This document shows, piece after piece, positions 13,170-26,932 of a stretch of DNA of 64,000 nt. The DNA is from Octopus sinensis (taxonomy: Eukaryota). Made by a program: the position numbers and the translations under genes. Location of the stretch: NCBI RefSeq assembly GCF_006345805.1, contig NC_043005.1, positions 52,142,001 through 52,206,000 of the forward strand, written 5' to 3'. How positions within the stretch are numbered: position 1 is the first letter of the stretch; every line of letters begins with the position of its first letter. Below the pieces are notes generated by a model. It searched no databases. It was given only the letters and a program-made list of their open reading frames with translations, and was not told the origin of the DNA.

Positions 13170-13250
13170 CGGTCGCAGTGGTGGTGGTCTTGGTGGTGAT
13201 AATACGACGATAGTGTTGAACACAGACGTGTGTTATTTATTGTCTGACAT
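12348..13250. repeat. Long cryptic trinucleotide low-complexity tract (TAA/GAT/GGT/GAC)
   Basis: Direct reading; gives spurious poly-D/poly-M/poly-H ORFs. Confidence 0.9.
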
Positions 13251-13346
13251 TGTGCTACTGTAGTAAAACTATCATCGTAACCCAAGTGTATTAGATTTCA
13301 ACAGATCTAACGAAACGATGACCAAATGAAATATTATTACACTCTT

Positions 13347-13386
<40 letters not shown>

Positions 13387-14094
13387 GCACGCACACGCAC
13401 GTACGCACACAACCCTTCACCCTTTCCTTTTTTTCGACCTCTCCTTCCTCACCCTCTCCTAAACTTCCAGAGATATAACATTGATGATAAAAACGCTATC
13501 ACACATTAATACAGGATATCAGACCTCCTTCTGCTAGACAAGATGTGATATATTGTTTAACAATAGTAGTTCACTGACTCACAAACACTGATTTCTTTTG
13601 ACAAGACGCAAGACAAGATGTGTTTTGTTTATTGTTGTTGTTGGCTTTGTTGCAGGTGTTGGTGTTGGTGGTGGTGCTGTTTAGCCGCAGGTCAGGCTTG
13701 ATCTGACAAACCTATGATCAAAAGCCTTCCAAGTGTGACTATCATGTCTTTTTGTTTTAAAATCTTCATTTTCTTTTTTTGGTGTTTTTTGTTTTGTAGT
13801 TTTGGTCTATTTAGGATTGCTCAATCCAATGTGTTCTCCCCACGTTATTTTATTTTTTAAAGACGGGTTGTTAGCGTGTAGCTTAAGAGAAATTTGATTT
13901 TTGTTTCTAGCAGATCGAATGTCCACAGAGAGGCTTCATCTATTTATTTGTTTTTTAAAGTGTGTGTGGGAATGTAATCGATATAATAGAGATAGGAGAT
14001 GCGGTTGATCTAACAGGGAAGTCGGTGTAATAGAAATAGAGAGAGAGAAAAGAGACAGATAAATAGATAGATAGAGCGGTAGATAGATAGAAAG

Positions 14095-14126
<32 letters not shown>

Positions 14127-14667
14127 GGGGGAGAGAAAGAGAGAGATAGTAAGCGTAGTCTATTTAACAGATAGAGGTAATGTAGTCAGTTTATTAGAGA
14201 GCGGATACTATAGTCTATTTAATAGAGAGGTGTGGTATAGTCAACTTAGTAGGGTCCTATAACTAATATTGTGAAAGTTGGGATGCCTGCAATAAAGATC
14301 TTGTTAGTAGACTGCGAACTGAGGGAACAGAGGTTCGTTTCGTAGAAGTGGTAGACTGTTCTGTCTGTTCGTCTCAAACTAAACTGGTTAAGGTTCAATA
14401 AGTCAAGTTACCTCTTGAACAGGTTGCAAAACCGAGGAAGAATAAGTGCGTAATTCACTCCTGTAAGCGGTTATTTTCGTTATTCTTGTTTTAAATGACT
14501 CAGTTTCCTTTCCTGGAGGAAAGGTTTGCACGTACTCCTGACCTATATATCCCGTTCGTGATCGATTATCGTATTTTCTAGCGTTTAAGTCGAAATTTCC
14601 TGACGCATAATTACAGTCCAAAGTTAGGTCGACTTATAAACCAAGACGATTATGAAGGACCAAACAT

Positions 14668-15078
14668 ACCTCTTTCTTTATTACCCACAAGGGGCTAAAC
14701 ATAGAGGGGACAAACAAGGACAGACATAGGTATTAAGTCGATTACATCGACCCCAGTGCATAACTGGCACTTAATTTATCGACCCCGAAAGGATGAAAGG
14801 CAAAGTCGACCTCGGCGGAATTTGAACTCACAACGTAACGACAGACGAAATACCTATTTCTTTATTACCCACAAGGGGCTAAACATAGAGGGGACAAACA
14901 AGGACAGACATAGGTATTAAGTCGATTTCATCGACCCCAGTGCGTAACTGGTACTTAATTTATCGACCCCGAAAGGAGGAAAGGCAAAGTCGACCTCGGC
15001 GGAATTTGAACTCACAACGTAACGACAGACGAAATACCGCTAAGCATTTCGCCCGGCGCGCAACGTTTCTGCCAGCTC
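14668..15078 (-). mobile_element. SINE family A with 184-bp tandem unit duplication
   Basis: tttctttattacccacaagg at 14673 and 14857. Confidence 0.9.
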
Positions 15079-15469
15079 TTGGAACGACAGTAGCTAGATT
15101 TGGATGTTTACACTACAATGTACACATTATATTTTACATAGAGTTGTATACCGGAAAATACAGTAATTTTCCTTTTGAACTGATACTAGTTAATAGCAGC
15201 AAAAAAACACACACACACACACACACAAAAAAAAGCTGATGGCAGAGAAAGAAGGACCGGATAAAAAAAGGCGCGTGGAGATGGGTGTTGAGACACTATG
15301 TGAAAACAGAAGAAGAGAGATGTGGACTTTGCAAATGTTCGAATGGTGGTGCAACATAACCAGCTCACTCTGAGGGAACAGCAGTAGCAGCTGCAAGAAT
15401 GGTTGGAAAATAAACAAAAACATAGTTGTCAGTGGCCCACAAGAATGGTACATTCTTTTATTCTTGTAT

Positions 15470-16030
<561 letters not shown>

Positions 16031-16049
16031 CACGAAATAATGATTTTAA

Positions 16050-16345
16050 ATTTTGGCAGAAAGCCGGAGGGGCAAGTCGATTACATCAACCCAATCCCCC
16101 ACCAGGACTTAAACTGGTATTTACTTTATCGACTTCGAAAGGATGAAAGGCGAAGTCGACATCGGTCGAATTTTTGCTCTGAATATAAAGACGGACAAAA
16201 TGCCGCAAAGTATTTTGTCCAGTGTGCTAACGGTTTTGCCAACTCGCCACCTTTCTTTTCTACTTTAGGCACAAGGGCCGAAATTTGGGAGGTGAGGGCC
16301 AATCAAGTGGATCGACCCCAGTATGCAACTGGTACTTAATTTATC
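16050..16345 (-). mobile_element. SINE family A, diverged
   Basis: rc central domain ttatcgac..gaaaggatgaaaggcgaagtcgac. Confidence 0.7.
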
Positions 16346-17457
16346 GATTATAATCTAATTCGTTTATAAACCTCTTGGTGAAACGTCAGTGCCATAGCAT
16401 TTCGCGACTAACTTCCAGATAAAATTTGCCCTCAATTGGACATATACAAAGGGGTTTCTGTTTACGAATGCGATCTATTCAGGAGCCTTTTTTGTTTACC
16501 AAACTGTTCGTTACATGAGTAATTGAAATACATATAGATAGGAGTAATCCCTTAGAAGACGAATCGAGACTCTGCATAAGGTTATGAAATGATGCTTCAT
16601 TTGTCTCGTGCATGATTGTCTTAACAAAAATGAAATTAAAATAAAGAGAGAAAGAGAGAGAGAAATATTGTTATTTTTTTATATAAAATAGGAAAATTTG
16701 AAAGGACCGTGAAATGCGTACAAGGACATTAACAAAATCTCGCAGTACGTGGGTAGTCTATCGTGATTTGTTGTTTGAATTTCAGCTTGTTGGCTGAGTA
16801 TAATTTATTTTCAGAAAAACTTTTCGTTATTCAAATTTTGGGGTCAGAGGACCGTTAATATTTCAATACGCATTATGTATGTATGTATGTATGTATGTAT
16901 GTATGTATGTATGTATGTATATATGTATGTATGTATGTATGTTCATATGTATGTTCATATGTATACACACTTATATATAATTATCAGCGACGGCAATAGT
17001 ATTAGGTCCAAAAGACAATCTTTATACCCAATGAACGTGGATGAATCATTCGAACGCCGGATACTGCAGTACTATCCTCGAGAGGTCTCTCCTATACACA
17101 TGGTGTCTAAAAGCACAGAAATGTATCGTAGCTGATAGCAATCGACTGTTATAGGCGCTGGAACTGCTAGATCATGTGATTTCAGTTGACCGGCCTTCTT
17201 CAGTGAAAGGCACCAGGTGACAGCATACGAGCGAAGTCCCGCTGTCAGGATGTATAAAATTTCAGTGTCTTTTCAGTCACTGATGTTGCAAATAGCTAGC
17301 AGGCTTATTGAAGAAATAATTATTAGTGACGGAAGCAGTATTAGCTGGATATAAAGATTGCCTTTTGACACAGATATAAGTGTGTGTATGTGTGTGTGCG
17401 CAAGCGTGTGTGTGAATGTATGTTTGTGTATTCACACATACATATATGTATGTGGGA

Positions 17458-18046
17458 AGGCGGCGAGCAGGCAGAAACGTTAGCACGCCGGGCGAAATGC
17501 TTAGCGGTATTTTGTCCGCCGTTACGTTCTGAGTTCAAATTCCGCCAAGGTCGACTTTGCCTTTCATCCTTTCGGGGTCGATTAAATAAGTGCCAGTTAC
17601 GCACTGGGATCGATGTAATCGACTTAATCCGTTTATCTGTCCTTGTTTGTCCCCTCTGTGTTTAGCCCCTTGTGGGTAGTAAAGAAATAGAAATAGGTAT
17701 TTCGTCCGCCGCTACGTTCTGAGTTCAAATTCCGCCGAGGTCGACTTTGCCTTTCATCCTTTCGGGGTCGATTAAATACGTACCAGTTACGCACTGGGGT
17801 CGATATAATCGACTTAATCCGTTTGTTTGTCCTTGTTTGTCCTCTCTGTGTTTAGCTCTTTGTGGGTAGTAAATAAATAGGTATTTCGTCTATCTTTACG
17901 TTCTGAGTTCAAATTCTTCCGAGGTCTACTTTGCTTTTCATCCTTTTGGGGTCGATAAATTAAGTACCAGTCGCGTACTAGGGTCGATCTAATCGACTGG
18001 CGCCCTCCCCCAAAATTTCGGGTCTTGTGCCTAGAGTAGAAAAGAA
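17458..18046 (+). mobile_element. SINE family A, three tandem units
   Basis: Head at 17458 then three gttctgagttcaaatt units. Confidence 0.9.
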
Positions 18047-18326
18047 TATACGTATGCGGAGTATGTGTAAGAAAAAAGGTGTTGTGATTTCAATGTTTCA
18101 CAGATCGTCAGTTATATGAACAGCCCGAGGGATATAACGACCGTTAACATTTCGAAGTCACTGTCCATTTTTCGTTGTAAGATCAAATGTAGTGAGTAAT
18201 CTTGCAACTAATGCTTGATTGTTTTAAATATAAGTAGATATAAACAGTTGTTGAAGTCATTGTCAACCAGTTTTCATTGTAAAAATTTATATAGAAATGT
18301 ATACGAGTTTGTGTGTGTGTATATAT

Positions 18327-18384
<58 letters not shown>

Positions 18385-20136
18385 GTGTGTGTGTCAATTT
18401 CTAGAAGTTTCGATGTATTTGAATTCCTGCTATCTCAGTGATGTTGTGAATGTTATTGTTGTCTAAATGAGAAGAATGTGGCGTAAAAGATTAGAAAAGA
18501 AAGAATAGCCAAATTTATTACCACTGGGCAGAACGTCAGACAAAATATCTTGCGGTATTTACTTATATCCCTTTACATTCTAGAATACTTAACTATATCA
18601 TCGGTTATTCTGCGAATAATCACTTTCGATACACGATCTAACACATCATTCAGCGACACAATTCATTCCTCATTTGTAGTGTAACATCTAAATAAAGTAA
18701 AGGCTAGTAGCCACAGATTTTTATGCAGCAATGAAAACACCCCTGGGTTTTTAGAAGACATTTTGTTGTGCTATAGCATTTTATACCAATACAGATCTGC
18801 ATGGAAAGTGACAGGGGTGCTGTGTGATTCTTGTTAAAAAGAGCTTCCGGCTTTTTCACACAAATTTTGCAAATGTTGCTTGGTTGGTTATTCGGTTGAT
18901 TGTTTTAATGGTTATCCTCTGTATTCATGTTGTTGTATTTCCTTCTCATTTGATAACTGAAATTGAATGTAGTGTTATGGTGAGTGGGAATATTGTCTTT
19001 ACATTGTTACTGATAACAATAACGTATTTAGCATTATTCGATTAAGCTTTAAGATATTAGTTGAATTCTGTAGAACAAGAGATAAGGAAAATCCCAACTA
19101 GTTGAAACTGCAATACGGTTTCAAATGATGGTTAAAGTCGTCGTTACCACACCATGCATACTTATAACGGCGGTGATTTTCCAGAAATGTTAATGTACCA
19201 GGGTAGATTTTTTGCAGTATTCAGTTTCGAAGATCTGTATTATGATTTCAAATCCGATCCGGGCGGCTTAGTTCTATTGTCATTCAGCTAATTTTGTTTT
19301 CTCGTTCGTTTCTTGAAATACGAAACTTGTAATATCCAACAGATTACTGTCTCTTAGAGTGTGTAAGACAAAATTCTATGCAATATATTTTCCGGTTCTC
19401 TACTTTAAATCCAAATAATTCAATTTCAACTTTGCCTTTCATTCCTTTGTGGTTGATAAAATAATGTAGCACTGATTCAAGGTGGAATTATTAAAGCGTC
19501 AGACTAGCTGTGATGATGCATTTAGCTCGGCTGTTTGTGTTCTGAGTTCGTAAAGGGCAGCCCAGTTTGAAGTCCTTACCAGGTACTTGTATAATTTGTG
19601 CAGAGTTCTCTTCAATCCATTGTAAACATTTAGACAACGTATCCGATTTAAGTATAACTTTCTGTCTTTGCCTCCATCAAATCTCAACGACTCTGGAAAA
19701 ATAAATGTCATTGGAACTTTATTCGTCACTAAATAACCATTTAAAATGTAAGAAATACCGATTAGTCTATTTAAACAATTAATTATTTTTAAAAATATAG
19801 AAGTATAACAACATAGCATAGTGCAATCACCCACAATCCTAAGTTTGACATTTCGTTGCACGATAGTTATACAATACAATTGTATTTTGCAACATACAAG
19901 TCGAATTCTTCAGACCAACATTTACTGCAAAAATAAAGATGAGACGACTTAAACACCAAAATGACTTTGAAGAACGAAATTTTCTATTTGAAACACAAAG
20001 CACTTACAATTCATTCACACCGACCACAAGTCAACCTTCCAGTAACAGTGTAGCCATTTGAATTTTGGAACCTACAAAGCCGGATGAGTTCCCTGGCTGA
20101 CACAAAAGAACTTGCTGGCTATCCAATTGGTTAGAA

Positions 20137-20373
20137 GGCGGAGAGCTGGCAAAAACGTTAAGCACGCTGGGCGAAATGCATGCATAGCCCTATTTCGTCT
20201 GCCGTTACGTTCTGAGTTCAACTTCCGCCGAGGTCGACTTTGCCTTTCATCCTTTCGGGGTCGATACATTAAGTACCAGTTACGCACTGGCGTCGATATA
20301 ATTGACTTAATCCGTTTGTCTGTCCTTGTTTGTCCTCTCTGTGTTTAGCACCTTGTGGGTAATAAAGAAATAG
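20137..20373 (+). mobile_element. SINE family A
   Basis: Near-consensus copy. Confidence 0.9.
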
Positions 20374-20869
20374 ATATTTAGAAAGATAGTGACCATGTTT
20401 GAACGTTTATACGACAGCTTTATGCTATGTACTACATCGACTTGTATACCGGAAGATATGGTGTATTTATTCGTTTTACCTGTTGTTTTATACAAATACA
20501 TGTGTGACAATATTTTGTGAAAAGGCAAGCATATGGAAAATTGATTTTGGGACCCAATTTCGTCAAGTCCTCTCCTTCTCCTTCTCCTTCTCCTTCTCCT
20601 TCTCCTTCCCCTGGCTAAACTATTAAAAAGAAGAAAAAGAAAATTTGGGGAATACTGCGAGACACCCTGTATATGTTTTGGGACGATTGACCACTTAATC
20701 AATTGCCTGGTCTTACATCCTCCTCCTGTACCTCTCTTGAGTCGGTGATACACTAGTCCACTCTGTTGGACTAGATCTCTGGTCAGTAGGCACCTCATGT
20801 GTCTCCATTTCTTACGCCAGCTCCTACCAGATTCAGAAGATCTATATAGAACGTCACAAGAGTCATAGA

Positions 20870-21185
20870 GATAGATTAGTGGTTAGGGTATTCGACTGAT
20901 GATCGTCAGGTTGTAAGTTCAATTCTTGGCGACGCGTTGTGTCCTTGAGCATGACACTTCATTTCACGTTGTTCCAGTCAACTGAGCTGGCAAAAAATGA
21001 GTTGCACTTCTAATTCAAAGGTTCAGTCTTGTCATACTTTGTGTCACGCTGAATCTCCCCGAGAACTACGTTAAGGGTACACGCATCTGTGGAGTGCTCA
21101 ACCACTAGCACGTTGATTTCAACGAGCAGGCTGTTCCGTTGATCGGATCAACTGGAACCTTCGTCGTCGAAATCGACAGAGTGCG
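20870..21185 (+). mobile_element. tRNA/CORE-like SINE, C-related subfamily with different tail
   Basis: agtggttagggtattcgac...gtgtccttgagcatgacacttcatttcacg; tail ...gatcggatcaactggaacc. Confidence 0.7.
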
Positions 21186-21612
21186 TTTGTGTATAGAATG
21201 TATATATTCGAATATATGTACGTGTGTGTATACATATCCATATTTGTCTTTATATTTATGTCATATTTGTTCCCCAACAACTTGAAAACCAATATTGGTT
21301 TGTTTACATCACGCTAACGTATCGATTCGTAAAAACCTATATCGTGTATTCAAGAGCTCTTAGGTCCTTATTTGGTTGCCACATTTTCTTCTAGAGTTGG
21401 GTATATTCCAGGACTGGATACACATGTGGAATTCCTCTTTGCATAAGATTAATACAAGAATAATATAACAAAATTAATATTAGAAGAATATACAAGATGA
21501 TTCTCTGTAATTACTGTACGTTTGAATATTTTCAACAACAGCCGTGTGTGTGCCCTTCATCGGAATGATCTTGTATATGAATATTAAGTTAAAGCTGGTA
21601 TGAGGTGCAGAA

Positions 21613-21712
21613 NNNNNNNNNNNNNNNNNNNNNNNNNNNNNNNNNNNNNNNNNNNNNNNNNNNNNNNNNNNNNNNNNNNNNNNNNNNNNNNNNNNNNNNN
21701 NNNNNNNNNNNN
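21613..21712. other. Assembly gap (100 N)
   Basis: Run of N. Confidence 1.
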
Positions 21713-21939
21713 GGAATGTAATGCTCTTAACTTATTTATCCTTGGGGCTGGCCAGATTGGAGCAATCCCGAGTATAAACAACCGAAATTGCAGAGATAAT
21801 CTGGAACTCCACTAAGGATAGAAAACTCCGAATGATCCGTCCATGTTTTCCTTGTATCGCCTGTCTGGATATTTTGTTTTCTTTTTGTTTTGTTTCACCT
21901 AACTGTCTGGATGTTTTGCGTTCTTGTCCCATTTTTGTA

Positions 21940-21984
<45 letters not shown>

Positions 21985-22389
21985 ATCAGATGCAGCATGG
22001 ATATCGGTACGATTTGAATCACAGCACAAGCTACAAGGATTAATATCGTAATACATTTCATCCGATGTTACCAACCCCGGCAATCCGTATATATATCGTT
22101 GTATATATCATAGTAACGATCAGACGATCGGTTTATGTTATACACTTCTGGTCACAATGCGCTTCCACGCACTATTGTAGCTTTCGAATGATATCATTGC
22201 TCCCTGATGGGAATGACACTCACTCGCAATGTTACCCATTTGTTCCTGAGTGGACTGATGCAGAGTGAAATGGGGCGTTTTGCGGAAGATCAACCACACC
22301 GCCGGTCTGGGAATCGAGACAGCTTTAACCACCCATTCATCAGCCCTCAACCCACATAAACATATGTAATTTTACGTATACGTATTCTT

Positions 22390-23092
22390 TGGTCCCTTTA
22401 TACCTTTAATTGCTGCAGCCATTTGAATGTGGCCACGCTGAACCCTCACCTTGAAAGATTTTTATTCGAACAAACCGACCCCGAGACTTATATTTTAAAA
22501 CCTAGTACTTATTCTATCGGTCTGTTTGCGGAAAAGCTAAGTTATGGGAACGTAAACACACCAACATCGGTTGTCAAGCGATGACGGTGGAATAAATGCA
22601 AGTACAAAGACACACACAAGCATATACACACACAGACAAACACACGCTCACTCACACACACGTGCGCATACGTACACGCACCACACACACACTTACACAT
22701 TTTTTATCGTTTCAGTCATTTGACTGTGGCCATGCTGGAGTACCGCCTTTCGTCGAGCTAATCGACCCCAGAGCTTTTTCTTTGTAAGCCTAGTACTTAT
22801 TCTATCTTCCACTTTGGCGGAACCGCTAAGTTACGGGGACGTAAACACACCAGCAACCATTGTCAAACGATGTTGGGTGGACAAACACAGCCACACAGAC
22901 ACACACACATATATATATATACATATACGACGGGCTTCTTCCAGTTTCCGTCAACCAAATCCACTCACAAGGCATTGGTCGGCCCGAGGCTGTAGTAGAA
23001 GACACTTGCCCAAGGCACCACGCAGTGGGACTGAACCCAGGATCATGTGGTTGGTAAGCAAGCTACTTACCACACAGCCACTCCTGCGCCTA
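22390..23092 (-). mobile_element. Two successive SINE family B copies (partial 22390-22600, full 22705-23092)
   Basis: Repeated rc tail and one complete head. Confidence 0.85.
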
Positions 23093-23569
23093 TTATATAT
23101 ATATATGTACAACCGGGCTTCTTTCAATTTCCGTCCACCAAATTCACGCAGTGGGACTGAACCTAGAACTGCGCTTGTATGTATATATATGAAATGCAGT
23201 CAAGATGGTTCTTGAGTTATAAGGCTCTTTTGGTCAGTTTCCTGAATTCTGTGGCGTATATATTTCTCCCTCTCCACCCCCGTACGAAATCCAACCCATT
23301 GAAAGATTACTCAATTTTGAGTAAAAGGCGGGTGGTAGAAATGGAGTAACGTGAAAGGAAGTGTTTTGCTCAAGAACACAACGCATCAACCAGTCGAAGA
23401 ACAGAAACCACAAACTTACAATTCTAAGCTCTAAGCCACGCGCCTTCACATATGTATATATATATATATATATATATTTTATGCATACACACATGATATA
23501 GTATGTATATAATATATATATTATAAGTGGATGCATATATAATGTCTATTATATACATATAGATAGATA

Positions 23570-23606
23570 AATAAATAAATAGATAGACGGATATAGGTAG
23601 ATAGAT

Positions 23607-23702
<96 letters not shown>

Positions 23703-23705
23703 GGA
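23570..23705. repeat. (GATA)n microsatellite
   Basis: Direct reading. Confidence 0.95.
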
Positions 23706-24365
23706 TAAAGATTGAGAGACAGACATATTTGTGTCTGGTTGTAATTTCCTTTACGACAAGTATAACGCTACACCAAATCCCATAAATGAAGGCTATTATA
23801 CCGATGTATAATGAACTTTTATGAAAAGTTAATTACCACAAAAGGTGCGATTTGCTTTGCTCCTAGTAGAAGCTATTCATGCACGTATGTGTTACAGTTT
23901 TAGACACGTAAATTTGTTGACTCTGTATGAAAAATAGCTTCGTCGTTAAAGTACATTTTTTTCCATCTCTATCCAGGAACACGATATGACGTGTCAGATA
24001 TCAACGTTAATTTTTTAATTTTTTTTTATCAGTATCTTTCCAGAACTTCAGAATTTATGAAATGCTCCTGTTTCTGAACCAATTATATGAATATGGTTGA
24101 TAAAAAAAAAACTGAAGATTTGGTACTAAGTTTGAAAAAAAATCATGCGTTTGTGGCAATGTTCGTTTCCCAAACACATGATTTCTGGTTCAGTTCTACT
24201 GTATGGCACCTTGAGTGAGTATCTTCTACGAAAAAGCGTTGGATCAGAACCAAGATTGAAAAAAATAATACCAGTAGTGTCAATTCGTTCGACTGAAATG
24301 TTTCAAGATGGAATCCAAGCGTGGTCCCAGTCTGACAACTGAAACAAGATAAAATGCATCTATCT

Positions 24366-24403
<38 letters not shown>

Positions 24404-24479
24404 ATATATCTATCTATCTATCTATCATCTATTGAAAAAGGAAAGTGAGAGTAGTAGAGAGGCAAGTTTTGTCTAGCGA

Positions 24480-24640
24480 ATGTTTTAAAAAAAGATGGGT
24501 GAATGTAGCAAGGATGGCACGTATGAATGACGACGAAGCCACCTTGAGCATAATCCTATGAACCCAGAAATTGAAAACAGAGGGTACCCACTTGCAAACA
24601 AATGTGGTAACATATAACAATATTGACCAAGGTTACCGTG
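24480..24640 (+). mobile_element. Possible RTE-clade LINE 3' ORF relic
   Basis: RWVNVARMARMNDDEATLSIIL then frame-shifted PRN.K..RG.P, like RTE C-terminal W.GHV.RM...W.P..KR.RGRP. Confidence 0.4.
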
Positions 24641-25020
24641 GTCTTTTTCGTAAGCTTTTCTTCCCACGGATAAACCTTACTTGCTTTCCCCTTTACACCA
24701 TATATCATAACACTGTGATAAACGATCCCTATTGATCGTTCTTTTTTTTTTCCTCTTCCCCTTTTTTTCCCCTTTTTCTTCTTTTTAAATTTCTCTTTTC
24801 TTTTGTTCCTTTTCCCTTTCTTTTTTTTTCTTTTATTCTTTTTATTTTTTATTCTATTTATTTTTTTCATTTTTTATCTTTTTTTTGTTCTTTTCTTCCC
24901 TTTTACGATCCCTCTTGATCGAAAACCTACGCCACCCCCTTTTTTTCATCCCCCAAAAGAAAAGCTCTACCTTGTAACTTGTCCCATCTGTGTGCAGCCC
25001 TGTGTGGCCAATAAAGAAAC

Positions 25021-25079
<59 letters not shown>

Positions 25080-25104
25080 CTATATATGTTAAATCACCAC
25101 AAGG

Positions 25105-25355
25105 CCGACCAAAGCCTTGTGAGTGGATTTGGTAGACGGAAACTGAAAGAAGCCCGTCCTATATATGTATACATCGCTTGACAACCGATGCTGGTGTGTT
25201 TACGTCCCCGTAACTTAGCGGTTCGGCAAAAGAGACCGATAGAATAAGTACTAGGCTTACAAAGAATAAGTCCTGGGGTCGATTTTCTCGACTAAAGACG
25301 GTGCTCCAGCATAGCCACAGTCAAATGACTGAAACAAGTAAATGAGTAAATGAGA
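25105..25355 (+). mobile_element. SINE family B, 5'-truncated
   Basis: ggccgaccaaagccttgtgagtgg ... actgaaacaagtaaa. Confidence 0.85.
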
Positions 25356-25754
25356 AAATACAAAGAGAAGCACACTGGGAGTTATAGACAAGTAGAGTAA
25401 TGAAAGATATTTAAAGCCGGTCTTTGGAGGTAATCCTGAGTTTCATGTACATACACATATATGTATATATTTGTGTGTCTGTTTCATGTACATAAATCTT
25501 GAAGGTGTTTCTTCAGACCTTAATGGCTGGTGGCCTATAACTTTTCTTCAAGGTAGAGAGAGTAAAAACCTCGTAACGCACGGACAAAGGGTTAAGCGCG
25601 AGGTGCAGTTTCACTTAGACCGCTATCCGTACTCGACGTGGTCGTTTTGTGGGCTCCAGGACTTCAGTAGAAATCTCCTGAAGTGTAAGCAGGTTTAGAA
25701 GACATCCGTCCTGGAATTTAAGATCTTGTCCGAGTCAAGAAAGTTCGAGTATAA

Positions 25755-25795
<41 letters not shown>

Positions 25796-25917
25796 AAAGT
25801 ATAGAAGCCATCTTATCATGGCTAACCACATAGATAGATAGATGGATATATATAATGTTATGAGTATAGATATATTGTTTTATACGTATTTGTGTGCGTG
25901 TATGCGTGTATATGTGC

Positions 25918-26255
25918 GTGTGTGGTAAGTAGCTTGGTTACCAACCACTTGGTTCCGGATTCAGTCCCACTGCATGGCACCTTAGTTTAGTGTCTTCTAC
26001 AAAGCCTTGTAAGTGGATTTGGTAGACGGAAACTGAAAGAAGCCTGTCGCATACACACGTATGTATATATTTGTGTGTCTGTGTTTGTCCCCCATCCCAC
26101 CAGCGCTTAACAACTGATGCTGGTGTGTTTACGTCCCTATAATTTAGCGGTTCGACAAAAGAGGTCGATAAAATAAGTACTTGGCTTTGTTCGACTAAGA
26201 GCGGTGCTTTAGCATGGACGCAGTCAAATGACTGAAACAAATAAAAGAATAAATG
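25918..26255 (+). mobile_element. SINE family B
   Basis: tgtggtaagtagcttggttaccaacc ... actgaaacaaataaaag. Confidence 0.85.
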
Positions 26256-26376
26256 ACTAATATATAATAAATATTGTGAGTTTTTATGAGGAGATGCCAC
26301 TTTAAAGGGATGTAGGCTTATATAATTGACAAAATGCAAAAATTTCTTTATGAGATTAATATATATAAATTTATAT

Positions 26377-26409
<33 letters not shown>

Positions 26410-26624
26410 TATGTGAAATAGAAAGATGAATAATCTTGTAGTAGATTAATCAAAAGATTAACCGATACTTAGTAGCAAAATCACAGCAGTAAACAGCACG
26501 GTTGGAGGTAGGTACAACCATTGGTGTTGCAACCGTGCGTTGGTGCGGATAATTGAAATTAAAACATTATTGGTGAATTGAAGAAATGGAGCTGAACGCA
26601 GATTGAACAGAAATCGTTTTATTT

Positions 26625-26708
26625 CATTCTACACGTGTTTCGAAAGGCACAAATTACCAAAATCCGATTGAATAATGGGACCATATTGTTCTTTCTCTTC
26701 AGGAAGAA
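26625..26708 (-). ncRNA. Type I hammerhead ribozyme motif
   Basis: TTTTCTTC-CTGAAGA-GAAAG..CTTTC-GAAA-CACGTG-TA-GAATGAAA: stem I 7/8 bp, stem II closes GAAAG/CTTTC, palindromic stem III, GUA site. Confidence 0.8.
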
Positions 26709-26848
26709 AATAGGAAATCCGTTGGAAAAACAAAAACAGAACCGAGGCGGAGCAAAAACAAATCGAACTATGCTCCTAAGAGCCCATGGCGAAACTTGTT
26801 TTTGCTCCGCCTCGGTTCTGTTTTTGTTTTTCCAACGGATTTCCTATT

Positions 26849-26932
26849 TTCTTCCTGAAGAGAAAGACCACAATATGGTCCCATTATTCAATCGGATTTT
26901 GGTAATTTGTGCTTCGAAACACGTGTAGAATG
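26849..26932 (+). ncRNA. Type I hammerhead ribozyme motif
   Basis: CTGAAGA 26855-26861, GAAA 26916-26919, GTA site ending 26927; stem II base GAA/TTC. Confidence 0.75.

Noticed and set aside
12276-13285. Long Asp/Met/His/Thr-rich ORFs on both strands
   Set aside because: Read-throughs of trinucleotide low-complexity sequence; no splice or domain support.
14447-14460. 14-bp inverted match to ~43862 (GGAGTGAATTACGC)
   Set aside because: Matches of this length are expected by chance in 64 kb.
20655-20675. gacaccctgta resembling a Tc1 terminal repeat
   Set aside because: No partner terminus found.
26770-26800. CTAAGA-GCC-cat-GGC-GAAAC in the palindrome spacer as a third hammerhead
   Set aside because: Core lacks G5 and there is no stem I; may be chance or a relic.
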